From an uncultured Bacilli bacterium (GTDB lineage Bacteria > Bacillota_I > Bacilli_A > RF39 > UBA660), in NCBI GenBank assembly GCA_947601485.1, contig CANQGF010000003.1:1-54041 (forward strand): a stretch of DNA of 54,041 bases, written 5' to 3'. The notes under the pieces were generated by a model that was given only the letters and a program-made list of their open reading frames with translations, made no database searches and was not told the origin of the DNA. The position numbers and the translations under genes were made by a program. Positions 20,490 to 30,189 of the stretch are shown one piece after another (positions within the stretch are counted from its first letter, which is position 1; each line of letters begins with the position of its first letter).

Positions 20490-20753
20490 TTATCTTCCTA
20501 ATGAATAATCGTCTCCTAAAATTTCATCAACAAAATGATAATTTTCTTCATATACTTTAGTTTCATTAATTCTTTCCTCTTGATGCATTTCACCATCTAA
20601 ACCAATTATATTTAGAATTTCAGTTATAGGACAAACTGTCTCTTCATGATCTATTAATGCATCATTTATAACTAATCCACAAGCTGTAGTTGCACCTACT
20701 AAGATAGTAGCTACCCCTGCTTTAAAAACAATATTTTTAACATCAATTTTCAT
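20490..20753 (-). CDS. Small hypothetical protein with N-terminal signal/TM segment
   Basis: 87 aa; strong GGAGG/AAGGAG RBS; hydrophobic N-terminus; DH-x4-CP motif. Confidence 0.75.
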   Translation of the reverse strand: MKIDVKNIVFKAGVATILVGATTACGLVINDALIDHEETVCPITEILNIIGLDGEMHQEERINETKVYEENYHFVDEILGDDYSLGR

Positions 20754-20803
20754 TAAATCTCTCCTTCCTCCTTAATATTATTAAGTAACTAAAAAAATCA
20801 TTT

Positions 20804-20828
20804 AAAAAAGTTCGACTTTGCGAACTTA
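20804..20828 (-). terminator. Terminator after tRNA-Ser
   Basis: Minus strand AAGTTCG-CAAAGT-CGAACTT followed by TTTT. Confidence 0.75.
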
Positions 20829-20842
20829 AAAATCCTTAAATA

Positions 20843-20933
20843 TGGCGGAGCAGGAGAGATTTGAACTCTCGCGACAGTTACCCATCCTACACCCTTAGCA
20901 GGGGCGCCTCTTCAGCCTCTTGAGTACTACTCC
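20843..20933 (-). tRNA. tRNA-Ser (anticodon GCT)
   Basis: GGAGTAG/CTGCTCC acceptor stem, anticodon loop CT-GCT-AA, long variable arm, GTTCAAATC T-loop, encoded CCA; promoter TTGACT-N17-TAAACT upstream. Confidence 0.97.
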
Positions 20934-21019
20934 ATACCAAGAATACTTCTATAGTTTACCATATCTTCTATGGATAGTCAAGAATATAAATCGGCTTAAA
21001 AACGATACATATTCTATTA

Positions 21020-22585
21020 TTATAATTCATTAAAATCACTCATTTTATGCAAATTATTTTGATATTCATTAATAATTAAACTATTTGTAGTTAAAAGCAT
21101 ACCTGCAATGGATGTTGCATTACTAACTTCTTCTAATAAAACACTAGTAGGATCTAAAACCATGGTTGTACTTATTTCTTCAAACTTATCACTTTTAATA
21201 TTATATACTTTATTATAGTTTTCTTGTTCTATTTTTTCTAAAATTCCAGCATCATCTTTACCAGCATTATTCAAAATTGTTTTAACTGGTTCCATTAAAG
21301 CTTCTTTTATAAGTTCATCTCCTATAGTTAATGGCTTTAAATTAGCGCTAATTTTGCTTAAAGTTACTCCTGCCCCAACAGAAATTCCTTTGGAAGCTTC
21401 ACTAATTGCCCATAAGGCATCATCAAAACGCATCTTTTTTTCTCTTCGTTCTAGGTTTGTTAAGCCACCAACAAAAATATTGGCACTACCTTTTTCAAAC
21501 ATGGCAAGTCTTTTTGCTATAAATTCCGTATCTAAAGAATTAGAATCATTACTTTTTAATAAAGCATTATTTAATTCAATAACTCTATCTTTAATTTTAT
21601 TATTAAATTTAAAATTAAATAAAACTTGGTTTTCATTAATTAAAACATTATCTACTTTACCTAAAACATTTAAAGAAAACTTATTATTAGTAACAATCTC
21701 TGCATCACTTATAATTCTTAAATCTTCATATATGTCTAATTTTTTTAAGCCATACATAGGATTATTTAGTAAAATTATTTTTAAATCATTTTCCATATTT
21801 ATATTTAATATTTGTTCAGTTAAATAATCATTATAACTATTTGCCATTATAAGCAAATTTTCTTTAGTTAATAAAATATTATTTAATATTTCCGCAATAT
21901 CTTCTAAACTTTCTAAATGACCATTAATAAGAAGAATTAAACTATTATCCAAAATTATTTCTTTTTCATCTTTTAAAAAATAAGGTGAAGAAAAAATTGC
22001 ATCTACAACATACCCTTTTAAATAGGTAACGCTTGTTTCAGCACTTACCCCTTCTTTAATATTAATTGCACTCCTGTTTAATATTTTTAAATATACATCA
22101 CTTATAATATTACCTATTTCTTCCTCATTACTTGAAATAGTCGCAATATATTTTAATTCTTCTTTGGAAGGTATTTTGGAAAGTTTCAAAATTTCTTTTT
22201 TAACACCAACTAAACTTTTTAACAATTCTTCTTTAATGCTAATAGGACTAATACCTTCTTTTATTAATTTTTTACCATTATTAAAAAGACTTTGTAAAAG
22301 AACTAAAGTTGTTGTAGTTCCATCACCCACTGTTTCATTAGTTTTAATAGAAGCTTCTTTAGCAAGTGAAAGAATTGTATTAATACACTCATCATCACTT
22401 TCAATATTTTCCGCAATGGTAACGCCATCATTAGTTACAAATGGGCTAAAAGTTGAATGATCGATAATAGCGTTACTTCCTTTTGGACCTAACGTACTTT
22501 TAACTGTATCACAAAGAAGATTAACAGCTTCCTCCATTTTAATACTTAATTCATTACCTTTAACAACTTTTTTCAATTTCACCAC
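21020..22585 (-). CDS. groEL: Divergent group I chaperonin (GroEL/Cpn60-like)
   Basis: TLGPKG, TNDGVTIA, GDGTTT, EKKMRFDDAL and LDPT retained; apical motifs degenerate; no GGM tail; no adjacent groES; start codon uncertain. Confidence 0.88.
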   Translation of the reverse strand: MVKLKKVVKGNELSIKMEEAVNLLCDTVKSTLGPKGSNAIIDHSTFSPFVTNDGVTIAENIESDDECINTILSLAKEASIKTNETVGDGTTTTLVLLQSLFNNGKKLIKEGISPISIKEELLKSLVGVKKEILKLSKIPSKEELKYIATISSNEEEIGNIISDVYLKILNRSAINIKEGVSAETSVTYLKGYVVDAIFSSPYFLKDEKEIILDNSLILLINGHLESLEDIAEILNNILLTKENLLIMANSYNDYLTEQILNINMENDLKIILLNNPMYGLKKLDIYEDLRIISDAEIVTNNKFSLNVLGKVDNVLINENQVLFNFKFNNKIKDRVIELNNALLKSNDSNSLDTEFIAKRLAMFEKGSANIFVGGLTNLERREKKMRFDDALWAISEASKGISVGAGVTLSKISANLKPLTIGDELIKEALMEPVKTILNNAGKDDAGILEKIEQENYNKVYNIKSDKFEEISTTMVLDPTSVLLEEVSNATSIAGMLLTTNSLIINEYQNNLHKMSDFNEL

Positions 22586-23315
22586 TCACTTCCAAAATAT
22601 TATGCCAATATTTTTTAGGCATAAAGTTCATACGACAACGTTCATTAGTTCTTTCTTTAATTCCCACTGTGTCATAAAATGTTTTCCATAATCTTTCCAT
22701 ATCTTTTTCACTGTCACTTAATATTAAATCTTTAATATTAAGCTCATCTTCTTTTAAAATGTAAAAATCTTTTTTATCATATACACTTATTATTTTTCTT
22801 TTTTCATCTTTTATAAGCCAATATTCATTTTTTAATCTCTTCTTAAAATGAACACTAATAATTTCTAAAATATCATTATCAGGGCTAATTGTAGCATACA
22901 ATATTTTATTTTTAAGTTCTTTAAACCTAACAAAGCCCTTAAACCGATGGGCTTCATTACCGACTTTCTTACATATTCTCAAAGTTTCATTCACACATTT
23001 TAAATTGCGCATTTTAACTAAATTTTCCCGATATTTAAAAAAGTTTAAAAGATAATAATAAATTATTAATTCTTTATTATCTTCATTTGATAAAAACACA
23101 TAATAAATTTGATGCATATTATATTTACCAAAGTAATTTATAAATTGGGAAGTTAGATCTTTATTATCAAGATTTAAATTGATAACATAATCAAATAAAT
23201 TACCTAAATATCCTTCTTTTTTAATATTGCTTGGCTTAATTTTATTTTGAAAAAAATAAGCTAATAAATTTAGTAAAGCATTAAATTCACCATTATATAT
23301 ATAAATATTATTCAT
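22560..23315 (-). CDS. Putative DNA repair protein, TIGR03915 / DUF4130 family
   Basis: EAHRFKGFVRF, HFKKR, and LWKTFYDTV...ERTN...MPKKYW C-terminus; adjacent to the TIGR03916-type radical SAM gene. Confidence 0.92.
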   Translation of the reverse strand: MNNIYIYNGEFNALLNLLAYFFQNKIKPSNIKKEGYLGNLFDYVINLNLDNKDLTSQFINYFGKYNMHQIYYVFLSNEDNKELIIYYYLLNFFKYRENLVKMRNLKCVNETLRICKKVGNEAHRFKGFVRFKELKNKILYATISPDNDILEIISVHFKKRLKNEYWLIKDEKRKIISVYDKKDFYILKEDELNIKDLILSDSEKDMERLWKTFYDTVGIKERTNERCRMNFMPKKYWHNILEVSGEIEKSC

Positions 23316-24527
23316 TTAAAACAACCTCAACTGTTCTACATTACTTACTAATTTATTTGCTGAATCAAGAGAAACTAAATTAGCTTCAATAAAGTTTTTA
23401 CTAAATAATTCTTGATTAAGATTATATTTACCATTGCAAGTAATGAAATAATTTGCTCTTTTTAAAACAACTCCCATCTTTTTTAAATCATTAAAAGTGA
23501 GCTTAAAATATCTTCTTGATTTAATTATTCTTTTTGCTGATGTTACACCTATACCCGGAACTTTTAATAAATCATTATAACTACAAGTTGTAACTTCTTT
23601 GGGAAATTCATCTAAATGTCTTAAACTCCATGAAGCTTTAGGATCTACTAAAATATTAAAATTAGGGTTTTGTTTATCTAATAAATCATCAACTTTAAAT
23701 CCATAGTATCTTAAAAGCCAATCAGCTTGATAAAGACGATTTTCTCTTTTTAAAGGTGGCATTTTTAAAGTAGGTAAAAGATTATCCTTATTAACAGGAA
23801 TATAAGCGGAATAAAAAACTCTTTTTAATTTATAACTATTATACATTCCTTCACTTTTACTCATAATATCCAAATCGGTTTCATTAGTTGCCCCGATAAC
23901 CATTTGGGTACTTTGTCCAGCTGGAACATAACTCTTGCTTCGGTTGTCCCTAACAAACCCCATAATTTCACTTACTTTATTCATATTTTTATTAGGAGCC
24001 AAAAGTTTTAAACCATTTTCCGTAGGTAATTCAACATTTGCACTCAAGCGATCAACTAAACTGCCTAATTTTTTTAACAAAAATGTACTAGCGCCGGGAA
24101 TAGCTTTAGCATGAATATAACCTCCAAAATGATATTTATAACGTAAAAGACTAATAGTTTTAATTAAAAGTTCCATTGTATAATCAGGTGATTTTATAAT
24201 ACCAGAACTTAAAAATAAACCTTCAATATAATTACGACGATAAAAATTAATAGTTATTTCACATATTTCTTCCGGAGTAAAAATAGCTCTTTTAACATTA
24301 TTACTACGACGATTAAGGCAATATTTACAATCAAAAATACAAATATTGGTTAAAAGAATTTTTAAAAGAGAAATACATCTTCCATCTGATGCAAAAGAAT
24401 GGCAAATACCACTTAAATGGGCATTTCCTAAACCAGAGTTATTAATTCTAGTGCTACCACTTGAAGAACATGAAGCATCATATTTGGCACTATCAGCTAA
24501 AATTTGTAATTTCTCTTTTAATTCCAT
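23316..24527 (-). CDS. Putative DNA modification/repair radical SAM protein (TIGR03916 family)
   Basis: ILADSAKYDASCSSSG, GICHSF-DGRCISLLK, CxxxCxxC (CIFDCKYC), RENRLYQADWLLRYYGF, C-terminal HhH (KVPGIG); GGAG RBS before ATG 24527. Confidence 0.95.
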   Translation of the reverse strand: MELKEKLQILADSAKYDASCSSSGSTRINNSGLGNAHLSGICHSFASDGRCISLLKILLTNICIFDCKYCLNRRSNNVKRAIFTPEEICEITINFYRRNYIEGLFLSSGIIKSPDYTMELLIKTISLLRYKYHFGGYIHAKAIPGASTFLLKKLGSLVDRLSANVELPTENGLKLLAPNKNMNKVSEIMGFVRDNRSKSYVPAGQSTQMVIGATNETDLDIMSKSEGMYNSYKLKRVFYSAYIPVNKDNLLPTLKMPPLKRENRLYQADWLLRYYGFKVDDLLDKQNPNFNILVDPKASWSLRHLDEFPKEVTTCSYNDLLKVPGIGVTSAKRIIKSRRYFKLTFNDLKKMGVVLKRANYFITCNGKYNLNQELFSKNFIEANLVSLDSANKLVSNVEQLRLF

Positions 24528-24546
24528 TTTTAACATCTCCAGTTTT

Positions 24547-24586
24547 ATTATAGCAAACATTTTTACGCTTTGCAAACAAAAGTTCA
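24547..24586 (-). promoter_or_regulatory. Sigma-A promoter overlapped by LexA (SOS)-like boxes
   Basis: TTGCAA(24570-75)-N17-TATAAT(24547-52) with extended TG; GAAC-TTTT-GTTT over the -35 and degenerate CGTAAAAATGTTTG in the spacer (Firmicute consensus GAAC-N4-GTTY). Confidence 0.65.
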
Positions 24587-24653
24587 AAAAAACATTGCCA
24601 ATTTTTAGGCACAAAAAATATCACCCTTAAATATAATACTATAGGTGATATTT

Positions 24654-24833
24654 ATGCCCCAACGACCTAGACCTAATCCAACATTTTTTATCTTTTGTGC
24701 GATTGGTTTATGTATTTTAATCTTTTATCAATTAATTATTACTTTTATACTTCCTTTTAGATATAACATTTTTATTTTAACTATTGAAATTATTCTATTA
24801 TTTATTTGTATCAGCAGAATAATTTGGTATTAA
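24654..24833 (+). CDS. Small 2-TM membrane protein (~59 aa)
   Basis: AGGTGA RBS before ATG 24654; Pro/Arg-rich N-terminus then two hydrophobic helices. Confidence 0.6.
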   Translation: MPQRPRPNPTFFIFCAIGLCILIFYQLIITFILPFRYNIFILTIEIILLFICISRIIWY

Positions 24834-25732
24834 TTACTCTTATCTTCAAAAAAAGGCTTTAAAAATACTTCTGTTTTAAAAACATAATCAATCTTATTAC
24901 GCATTTCCTTACACTTCTCAAATTCACTACCTTCAAATTTAATTTCAGGTACTAAACTAATTAAAATAAAAAATAATTTTTCTTCTTCTTTAGTTAAAGG
25001 AGATATCATTGTATATTTTTGATATAAAGAAGAAAATTCTAAATCCCAATAGTTATTTTGATAGAGTTTAAATAAATCCAAAATAGGTGTATCAAAAGTG
25101 GCTTCATCCCAGCTAATTAAATATTCTCGATTATCATTTACTAAAAAATGATCTAAACTTAAATTATTATGAATAAGAGCTACTCTTTCACTATTACTAC
25201 TTTTAACTAAACTATACCAGTCATCTAGTTCTCTTTTAGAAAAATCTAAAGCAGCATTGATTTTAGAATAAACTCTTAAAAATTCATATTCAGATGGCGA
25301 AGGATAAATTTTTTTTAAAAACAAATCATAATATTTTAAATAATAATCTTTCAAATAAATAATATTATCATCAATTTTTTCATAAATTTCCCGATATGTT
25401 TCTTCTCTTGTTTCTTTATTATAAGAAGTTTTAGAATGCATTAAAGCAATCAAATTAATTAAATCTTCACTTTTATTAGGATTTATAACTTCATTATCTT
25501 CAATGTACTCATAAACCATACTATCATCATTTCGATTAAAATTGCCATAACATTCAGGAAAATTATTAAAGCCTCGACTTTTTAAATAACTAAAAATACT
25601 ATTTAAATCTTTATTTTTAGGTTTATTTTTGACCACGAAATTACCACTTGTGGTTTCTAAAATTGTACATTTTCCCTTAATTGTATAACGATAAGGTTTA
25701 TATAAAGATTTTAAACTTTCAAGTTTATTCAT
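24830..25732 (-). CDS. ysxE: Spore coat kinase-like protein YsxE
   Basis: CotS/YsxE kinase-like fold (ALIHNNLSLDHFL, ISWD, PILDL); directly downstream of spoVID as in Bacillus. Confidence 0.8.
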   Translation of the reverse strand: MNKLESLKSLYKPYRYTIKGKCTILETTSGNFVVKNKPKNKDLNSIFSYLKSRGFNNFPECYGNFNRNDDSMVYEYIEDNEVINPNKSEDLINLIALMHSKTSYNKETREETYREIYEKIDDNIIYLKDYYLKYYDLFLKKIYPSPSEYEFLRVYSKINAALDFSKRELDDWYSLVKSSNSERVALIHNNLSLDHFLVNDNREYLISWDEATFDTPILDLFKLYQNNYWDLEFSSLYQKYTMISPLTKEEEKLFFILISLVPEIKFEGSEFEKCKEMRNKIDYVFKTEVFLKPFFEDKSN

Positions 25733-26507
25733 CAGCTTTTGGAATTAAAATTTTGTCACCCATATTAACTGAATCAACATTATTATATTCCATTAAAAGA
25801 TTACTTGGAACATTATAATAATTAGCTATCGTTTCTAAAGATTCGCTTTCTTTTACAATATGAACATGATATGTTACAAAAGTATCATCACTATCTTTTA
25901 TAGTTTCCATAATAGTTTTTTCGCTTTCTTCATTTAATCTATCTTTATTTATTGCATCTTCCTTTATAACATTTTTGCTAGTTTCTTCTATAGTATCTTC
26001 CTCTATTCTTTCTTCTTTATCTTCTTTAACTTCCTTATCATCTTTTTTAGTTTCAATTTCTTTTTGATTTAAAAATTCATCAATAAATTCTAACTCACTA
26101 TTAAGTTCATCTTCATTAACTCTTTCAAAAGTCACTTCATCATCTTTTGTATCTTCAGTTCTTTCAGTTTCAACCTTTTCTTCCTCTCTAACTTCACCTT
26201 TAAGAGAATATTCAATATAAACTTTTAAACTATTTTTATCAAGAATATCATAGGAAAAATCTTCAATATTAAATTCAAGGGAATCTTCTCTAATATCACT
26301 ACTTAATTCCACAGTAAAAGGAAGTGTATATTTAAAAGGTTCAGTATTAACACTTACATCTAAACTTTTATATTCGCCACTTATATAAAAGTTACCTAAA
26401 ACTATTCCTTCACTTACATTAAAATCATGTTCTAAAGACATTTTAGTTATTTCAGCTATATTACTTTTAAAATCAATGGTGCTTTCAAAAGGTATTTTTA
26501 CATACAT
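25725..26507 (-). CDS. spoVID: Stage VI sporulation protein D-like (N-terminal SpoVID domain, acidic linker, C-terminal LysM)
   Basis: Acidic central region, LysM (HIVKESESLETIANYY...GDKILIP), spoVID-ysxE synteny, CATATTAT sigma-E-like -10 at 26526-26533. Confidence 0.8.
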   Translation of the reverse strand: MYVKIPFESTIDFKSNIAEITKMSLEHDFNVSEGIVLGNFYISGEYKSLDVSVNTEPFKYTLPFTVELSSDIREDSLEFNIEDFSYDILDKNSLKVYIEYSLKGEVREEEKVETERTEDTKDDEVTFERVNEDELNSELEFIDEFLNQKEIETKKDDKEVKEDKEERIEEDTIEETSKNVIKEDAINKDRLNEESEKTIMETIKDSDDTFVTYHVHIVKESESLETIANYYNVPSNLLMEYNNVDSVNMGDKILIPKADE

Positions 26508-26565
26508 ATTATCATCTCCTAAAAAATAATATGACGAAAAAAAAATAATATAACTTCGGATTATA

Positions 26566-28848
26566 TTATTTTTCCTTTAGAAATAAATCTTCATAAATTG
26601 TCTTATAATCACTAACCAATATAATTTCTAAACTTTCAATTATTTGTTTAGGAATATCTATTAAATCATTAGCGTTATCATTAGGAATATAAACTTTCTT
26701 AATACCATTATTATAGGCTGCGATTAATTTTTCTTTTAACCCTCCAATAGGTAAAATATGACCATTTAAAGTTATTTCTCCCGTAAAAGCAACTAATTCA
26801 CTAACTTTAATATTAAGTAATTGTGAAATTAAAGCAGTAGTAATTGCTACTCCACAAGATGGTCCTTCTTTAGAAGTTGCACCATCTAAAAGATGAATAT
26901 GAATTGTTCGGTTATAGAAAACTGTACTACTAACATAATCACTTGCTTTGATATATGATGTGGCAACCAAAACGCTCTCTTTTAAAACATCCCCCAAAGA
27001 GCCTGTCGAAATAATTTTCTCATCACCATTATAAATATTTGCTTCAACCCTGATGACTCCACCACCAAGTTTGCTATAAGCAAGACCATTAACCACTCCC
27101 GCTGTTTCAATTTTATCTAGTTTTATTTCATATAAAGGTTCTTTTAAATACTTTCTAACATCTTCATTAGTTATTGTATAACTATCTTTTTTACTAGCTA
27201 AAAATTTAGTCACTAATTTTTTTAAATATTTCGTTAAATTACGAACGCCAGCTTCTTTAGTATAATTATTAATAAGATAAATAAGGGTGTCATCTTTCAT
27301 AATTAATTTTTTAGCCATTTTAAATTCATCATATATTTTAGGTAAGATATATTTTTTAGCAATATCTACTTTTTCAAAAACTGTATAACTAGATAAATTA
27401 ATTATTTCTAATCGATCATACAAAGTATATGGAATAGTATCAACGGTATTAGCGGTCAAAATAAATAAAGTATGACTTAAATCAAAAGGCTCTTCAATAT
27501 AATTGTCAATAAAACTTTTATTTTGATTTTCATCTAAAACATCTAAAAGAACACTAGTAGGGTCACCTTTAAAATCTTTAACCATTTTATCTACTTCATC
27601 AATTAAAATAACTGGATTATTCACACCACATTTTTTATAAGCTTGCATAATTTTACCTGGTAAAGCCCCTAAATAAGTTCTTCTTGAGCCAATTAATTCC
27701 GTCGCATCATTTAATCCACCAACACTAATTTTGCAAAATTCACGATTTAAGGCTTCCGCAATGGATTTAGTAATGGTTGTTTTTCCTACTCCAGGAGGTC
27801 CAACTAAACAAATAACTGGATTAGTAATATCTGGATTAACATTCTTAAGAGTTAGATAATCTTCAATACGTTCTTTTACTTCATCTAATGCATAGTGACT
27901 TTTATTTAAATGAGCTAGAACACTCTTACTATTTAAATTTTCTTCACTACTTATATTCCATGGCAAATTTAAAACCACTTCTAAATAATTAATAATTACA
28001 GCATATTCAGGTGATGAAGATGGTAACCTTTTTAATTTTTCAATTTCATTTAATAATTTATCATAAGTTTTTTTAGCAATATCTAAATTATTTAAAAGAT
28101 TTAAATACTTTTCATAATCACTACTTCCATCACTAACATTTAAAGTTTCTTCAATTTCTTTTAATTTTTCTTTTAAATAATATTCTTCTTGCTCTTTCGT
28201 TAATTTAACTTCAACATTATTATCAATTTTTTCTTCTAATTTATTATATTGAATTTCTAATTTAATATCTCTAATTAAAGATAAGGCTCTTTTTTCACTA
28301 TTTAATTCAATCATATATTCATTTTTCTTAATTGAATCAAAGGGTAAAAAGGATGTAATGGCGTCGGTTAAGAAGTTCAAATCATCATTATCTTCAACAA
28401 TTTTAATAATACTATTAGAAATACTTTTGGAAGATGATATATAATCATATAAAATTTCTTTTAACTTTCTTCTGATAACTTCTTCGCCATTAGGCTCTAA
28501 TTTAGGTAAAATAATATCTGTTAAAACGGCCTCGATTACATCATCAGTAAATGCTTGATAATTTAAAACTTTAACCCTTTTTTCGCCTTTTAAAGTAAGT
28601 CTTAAATTGCCATTAGATAACTCTATCTTACTTTTAATATAAGCAACAACTCCTACTTTAGGTAAATCTTCTACTAAAGTTTCATTATCACTATTATTAG
28701 GACAAACAATTAAAACACGATCATTGTATTTCTTATTACTTAATTTAATTATCTTTTTACTTATTTCATCTTTTAATTCAAGTTTGATTTCTTGAAAGGG
28801 CAAAATCACTAAATCTTTTAAGAGCATAACTAATAATGTATAGTTCAT
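26566..28848 (-). CDS. lon: Lon protease
   Basis: GPPGVGKT, RRTYLGALPG, LIDEVDK, catalytic KEGPSCG and IGGLKEK; promoter TTTACA-N17-TATAAT (28873-28901). Confidence 0.96.
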   Translation of the reverse strand: MNYTLLVMLLKDLVILPFQEIKLELKDEISKKIIKLSNKKYNDRVLIVCPNNSDNETLVEDLPKVGVVAYIKSKIELSNGNLRLTLKGEKRVKVLNYQAFTDDVIEAVLTDIILPKLEPNGEEVIRRKLKEILYDYISSSKSISNSIIKIVEDNDDLNFLTDAITSFLPFDSIKKNEYMIELNSEKRALSLIRDIKLEIQYNKLEEKIDNNVEVKLTKEQEEYYLKEKLKEIEETLNVSDGSSDYEKYLNLLNNLDIAKKTYDKLLNEIEKLKRLPSSSPEYAVIINYLEVVLNLPWNISSEENLNSKSVLAHLNKSHYALDEVKERIEDYLTLKNVNPDITNPVICLVGPPGVGKTTITKSIAEALNREFCKISVGGLNDATELIGSRRTYLGALPGKIMQAYKKCGVNNPVILIDEVDKMVKDFKGDPTSVLLDVLDENQNKSFIDNYIEEPFDLSHTLFILTANTVDTIPYTLYDRLEIINLSSYTVFEKVDIAKKYILPKIYDEFKMAKKLIMKDDTLIYLINNYTKEAGVRNLTKYLKKLVTKFLASKKDSYTITNEDVRKYLKEPLYEIKLDKIETAGVVNGLAYSKLGGGVIRVEANIYNGDEKIISTGSLGDVLKESVLVATSYIKASDYVSSTVFYNRTIHIHLLDGATSKEGPSCGVAITTALISQLLNIKVSELVAFTGEITLNGHILPIGGLKEKLIAAYNNGIKKVYIPNDNANDLIDIPKQIIESLEIILVSDYKTIYEDLFLKEK

Positions 28849-28946
28849 TTGGCACCTCCAAAACTAAAATTTATTATAAAAAAATTTTTACTATTTGTAA
28901 ACAACAAATAATAAAAAATTAAACATTTTTAATTAAAATAAAATTT

Positions 28947-28977
28947 AAAAAAGACACCTTATTTTAAATAAAGTGTC
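28947..28977 (-). terminator. Intrinsic terminator of the dnaK/dnaJ operon
   Basis: Minus strand GACACTTTATTT-AAAATAAGGTGTC followed by TTTTTT. Confidence 0.8.
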
Positions 28978-29049
28978 CTGCAAAATGAAAACTACCAAGC
29001 ACTTTTTAGTGCTTGCCTTTTTATTATGAATTGAAATTATTAAAATATA

Positions 29050-30189
29050 CTATTTTAAAGCTCTTTCAAAATCTTTAAATTCTGGCTCATTAGCTAAATC
29101 AGTTGTACTTAACTCTTCTAATAAATCTTTTTGCTTTTTAGTAAGTTTCGTTGGCATAATGATATTTAAAACAACATACATATCACCAGTTATATTGCTA
29201 CTTGCATTTTTTACACCTTTACCTTTTAATTTTAATTTAGTGTAATTTTGAGTTCCTGGTTTAATTTCAATATAGCCATTACCAGTTAAAGTAGGAATTT
29301 CTTTTTTACATCCAAGAATGGCTTCTGTAATAGTTATTGGCACTTCTAAATAAATATCATTATCATGTCTTTCAAAATATTTGTGTTCTGCCACAACAAA
29401 TTCTAGATATAAATCCCCATTTTCGCCACCATTAACACCAGCACCGCCTTTGCCACTTAATCGAAGTTGACTATCATTAGAGACACCAGCAGGAATATTA
29501 ACCGTTAAAGTCTTATTTTTGGTTATTCGACCCTCACCATGACATTCATCACAAATTTCTCTGAATGTTCTACCTGTTCCTCGACAATTTGGACATGTTT
29601 TTTGAGTTTGGACAACTCCAAATAAACTTCTTTGTTCTTCTTTGATAACCCCAAGTCCATTACATGTACTACATTTTGCTTCGCCAAAACCACCAGCACC
29701 ATGGCACTTATCACAAACATCGGTCACATTAACGCGAATATCTTTTTTACAACCATTAATTGCTTCATCAAAAGTAAGTTTAATGCGCATTAATAAATCT
29801 TCGCCACGAGTAGCTCTTTTACGGCCACTTGAACGTCTACTACCAAAAACATCACCAAAGGCATCAGAAAAATCAAAACCTCGACTGTATCCACCACCAA
29901 AAATACTAGATAGGATATCATCAAGATCAATATCACCCATATTGAATCCTTGAGCACCACCACCATTTTCAAAAGCAGCATGCCCAAATTGATCGTATTG
30001 AGCTCTTTTATTTTTATCAGATAATACTTGGTAAGCTTCACCAATTTCCTTAAATTTTTCAGCTGCTCCTGGTTCTTTATTAACATCAGGATGATATTTT
30101 TTAGCAAGAACTCTAAATGCCTTTTTTATTTCATCATCTGTGGCATTTTTGGAAACACCTAAAATTTCATAATAATCTTTTTTATTCAT
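29050..30189 (-). CDS. dnaJ: Chaperone DnaJ
   Basis: J domain with HPD, G/F-rich region, four CxxCxGxG repeats. Confidence 0.98.
   Translation of the reverse strand: MNKKDYYEILGVSKNATDDEIKKAFRVLAKKYHPDVNKEPGAAEKFKEIGEAYQVLSDKNKRAQYDQFGHAAFENGGGAQGFNMGDIDLDDILSSIFGGGYSRGFDFSDAFGDVFGSRRSSGRKRATRGEDLLMRIKLTFDEAINGCKKDIRVNVTDVCDKCHGAGGFGEAKCSTCNGLGVIKEEQRSLFGVVQTQKTCPNCRGTGRTFREICDECHGEGRITKNKTLTVNIPAGVSNDSQLRLSGKGGAGVNGGENGDLYLEFVVAEHKYFERHDNDIYLEVPITITEAILGCKKEIPTLTGNGYIEIKPGTQNYTKLKLKGKGVKNASSNITGDMYVVLNIIMPTKLTKKQKDLLEELSTTDLANEPEFKDFERALK

Noticed and set aside
20804-20828. GTTCG...CGAAC near tRNA-Ser as an SOS box
   Set aside because: The half-sites are in the wrong order for LexA; a hairpin plus T-tract directly after the tRNA is better explained as a terminator
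20843-24600. Genomic island integrated at tRNA-Ser carrying the rSAM/groEL operon
   Set aside because: The operon is on the 5' side of the tRNA, with no duplicated tRNA 3' end and no adjacent integrase
28996-29015. AGCACT...AGTGCT upstream of lon as a CIRCE operator
   Set aside because: Only 4 nt separate the arms and it lies well upstream of the lon promoter, beyond the terminator; more consistent with an RNA hairpin
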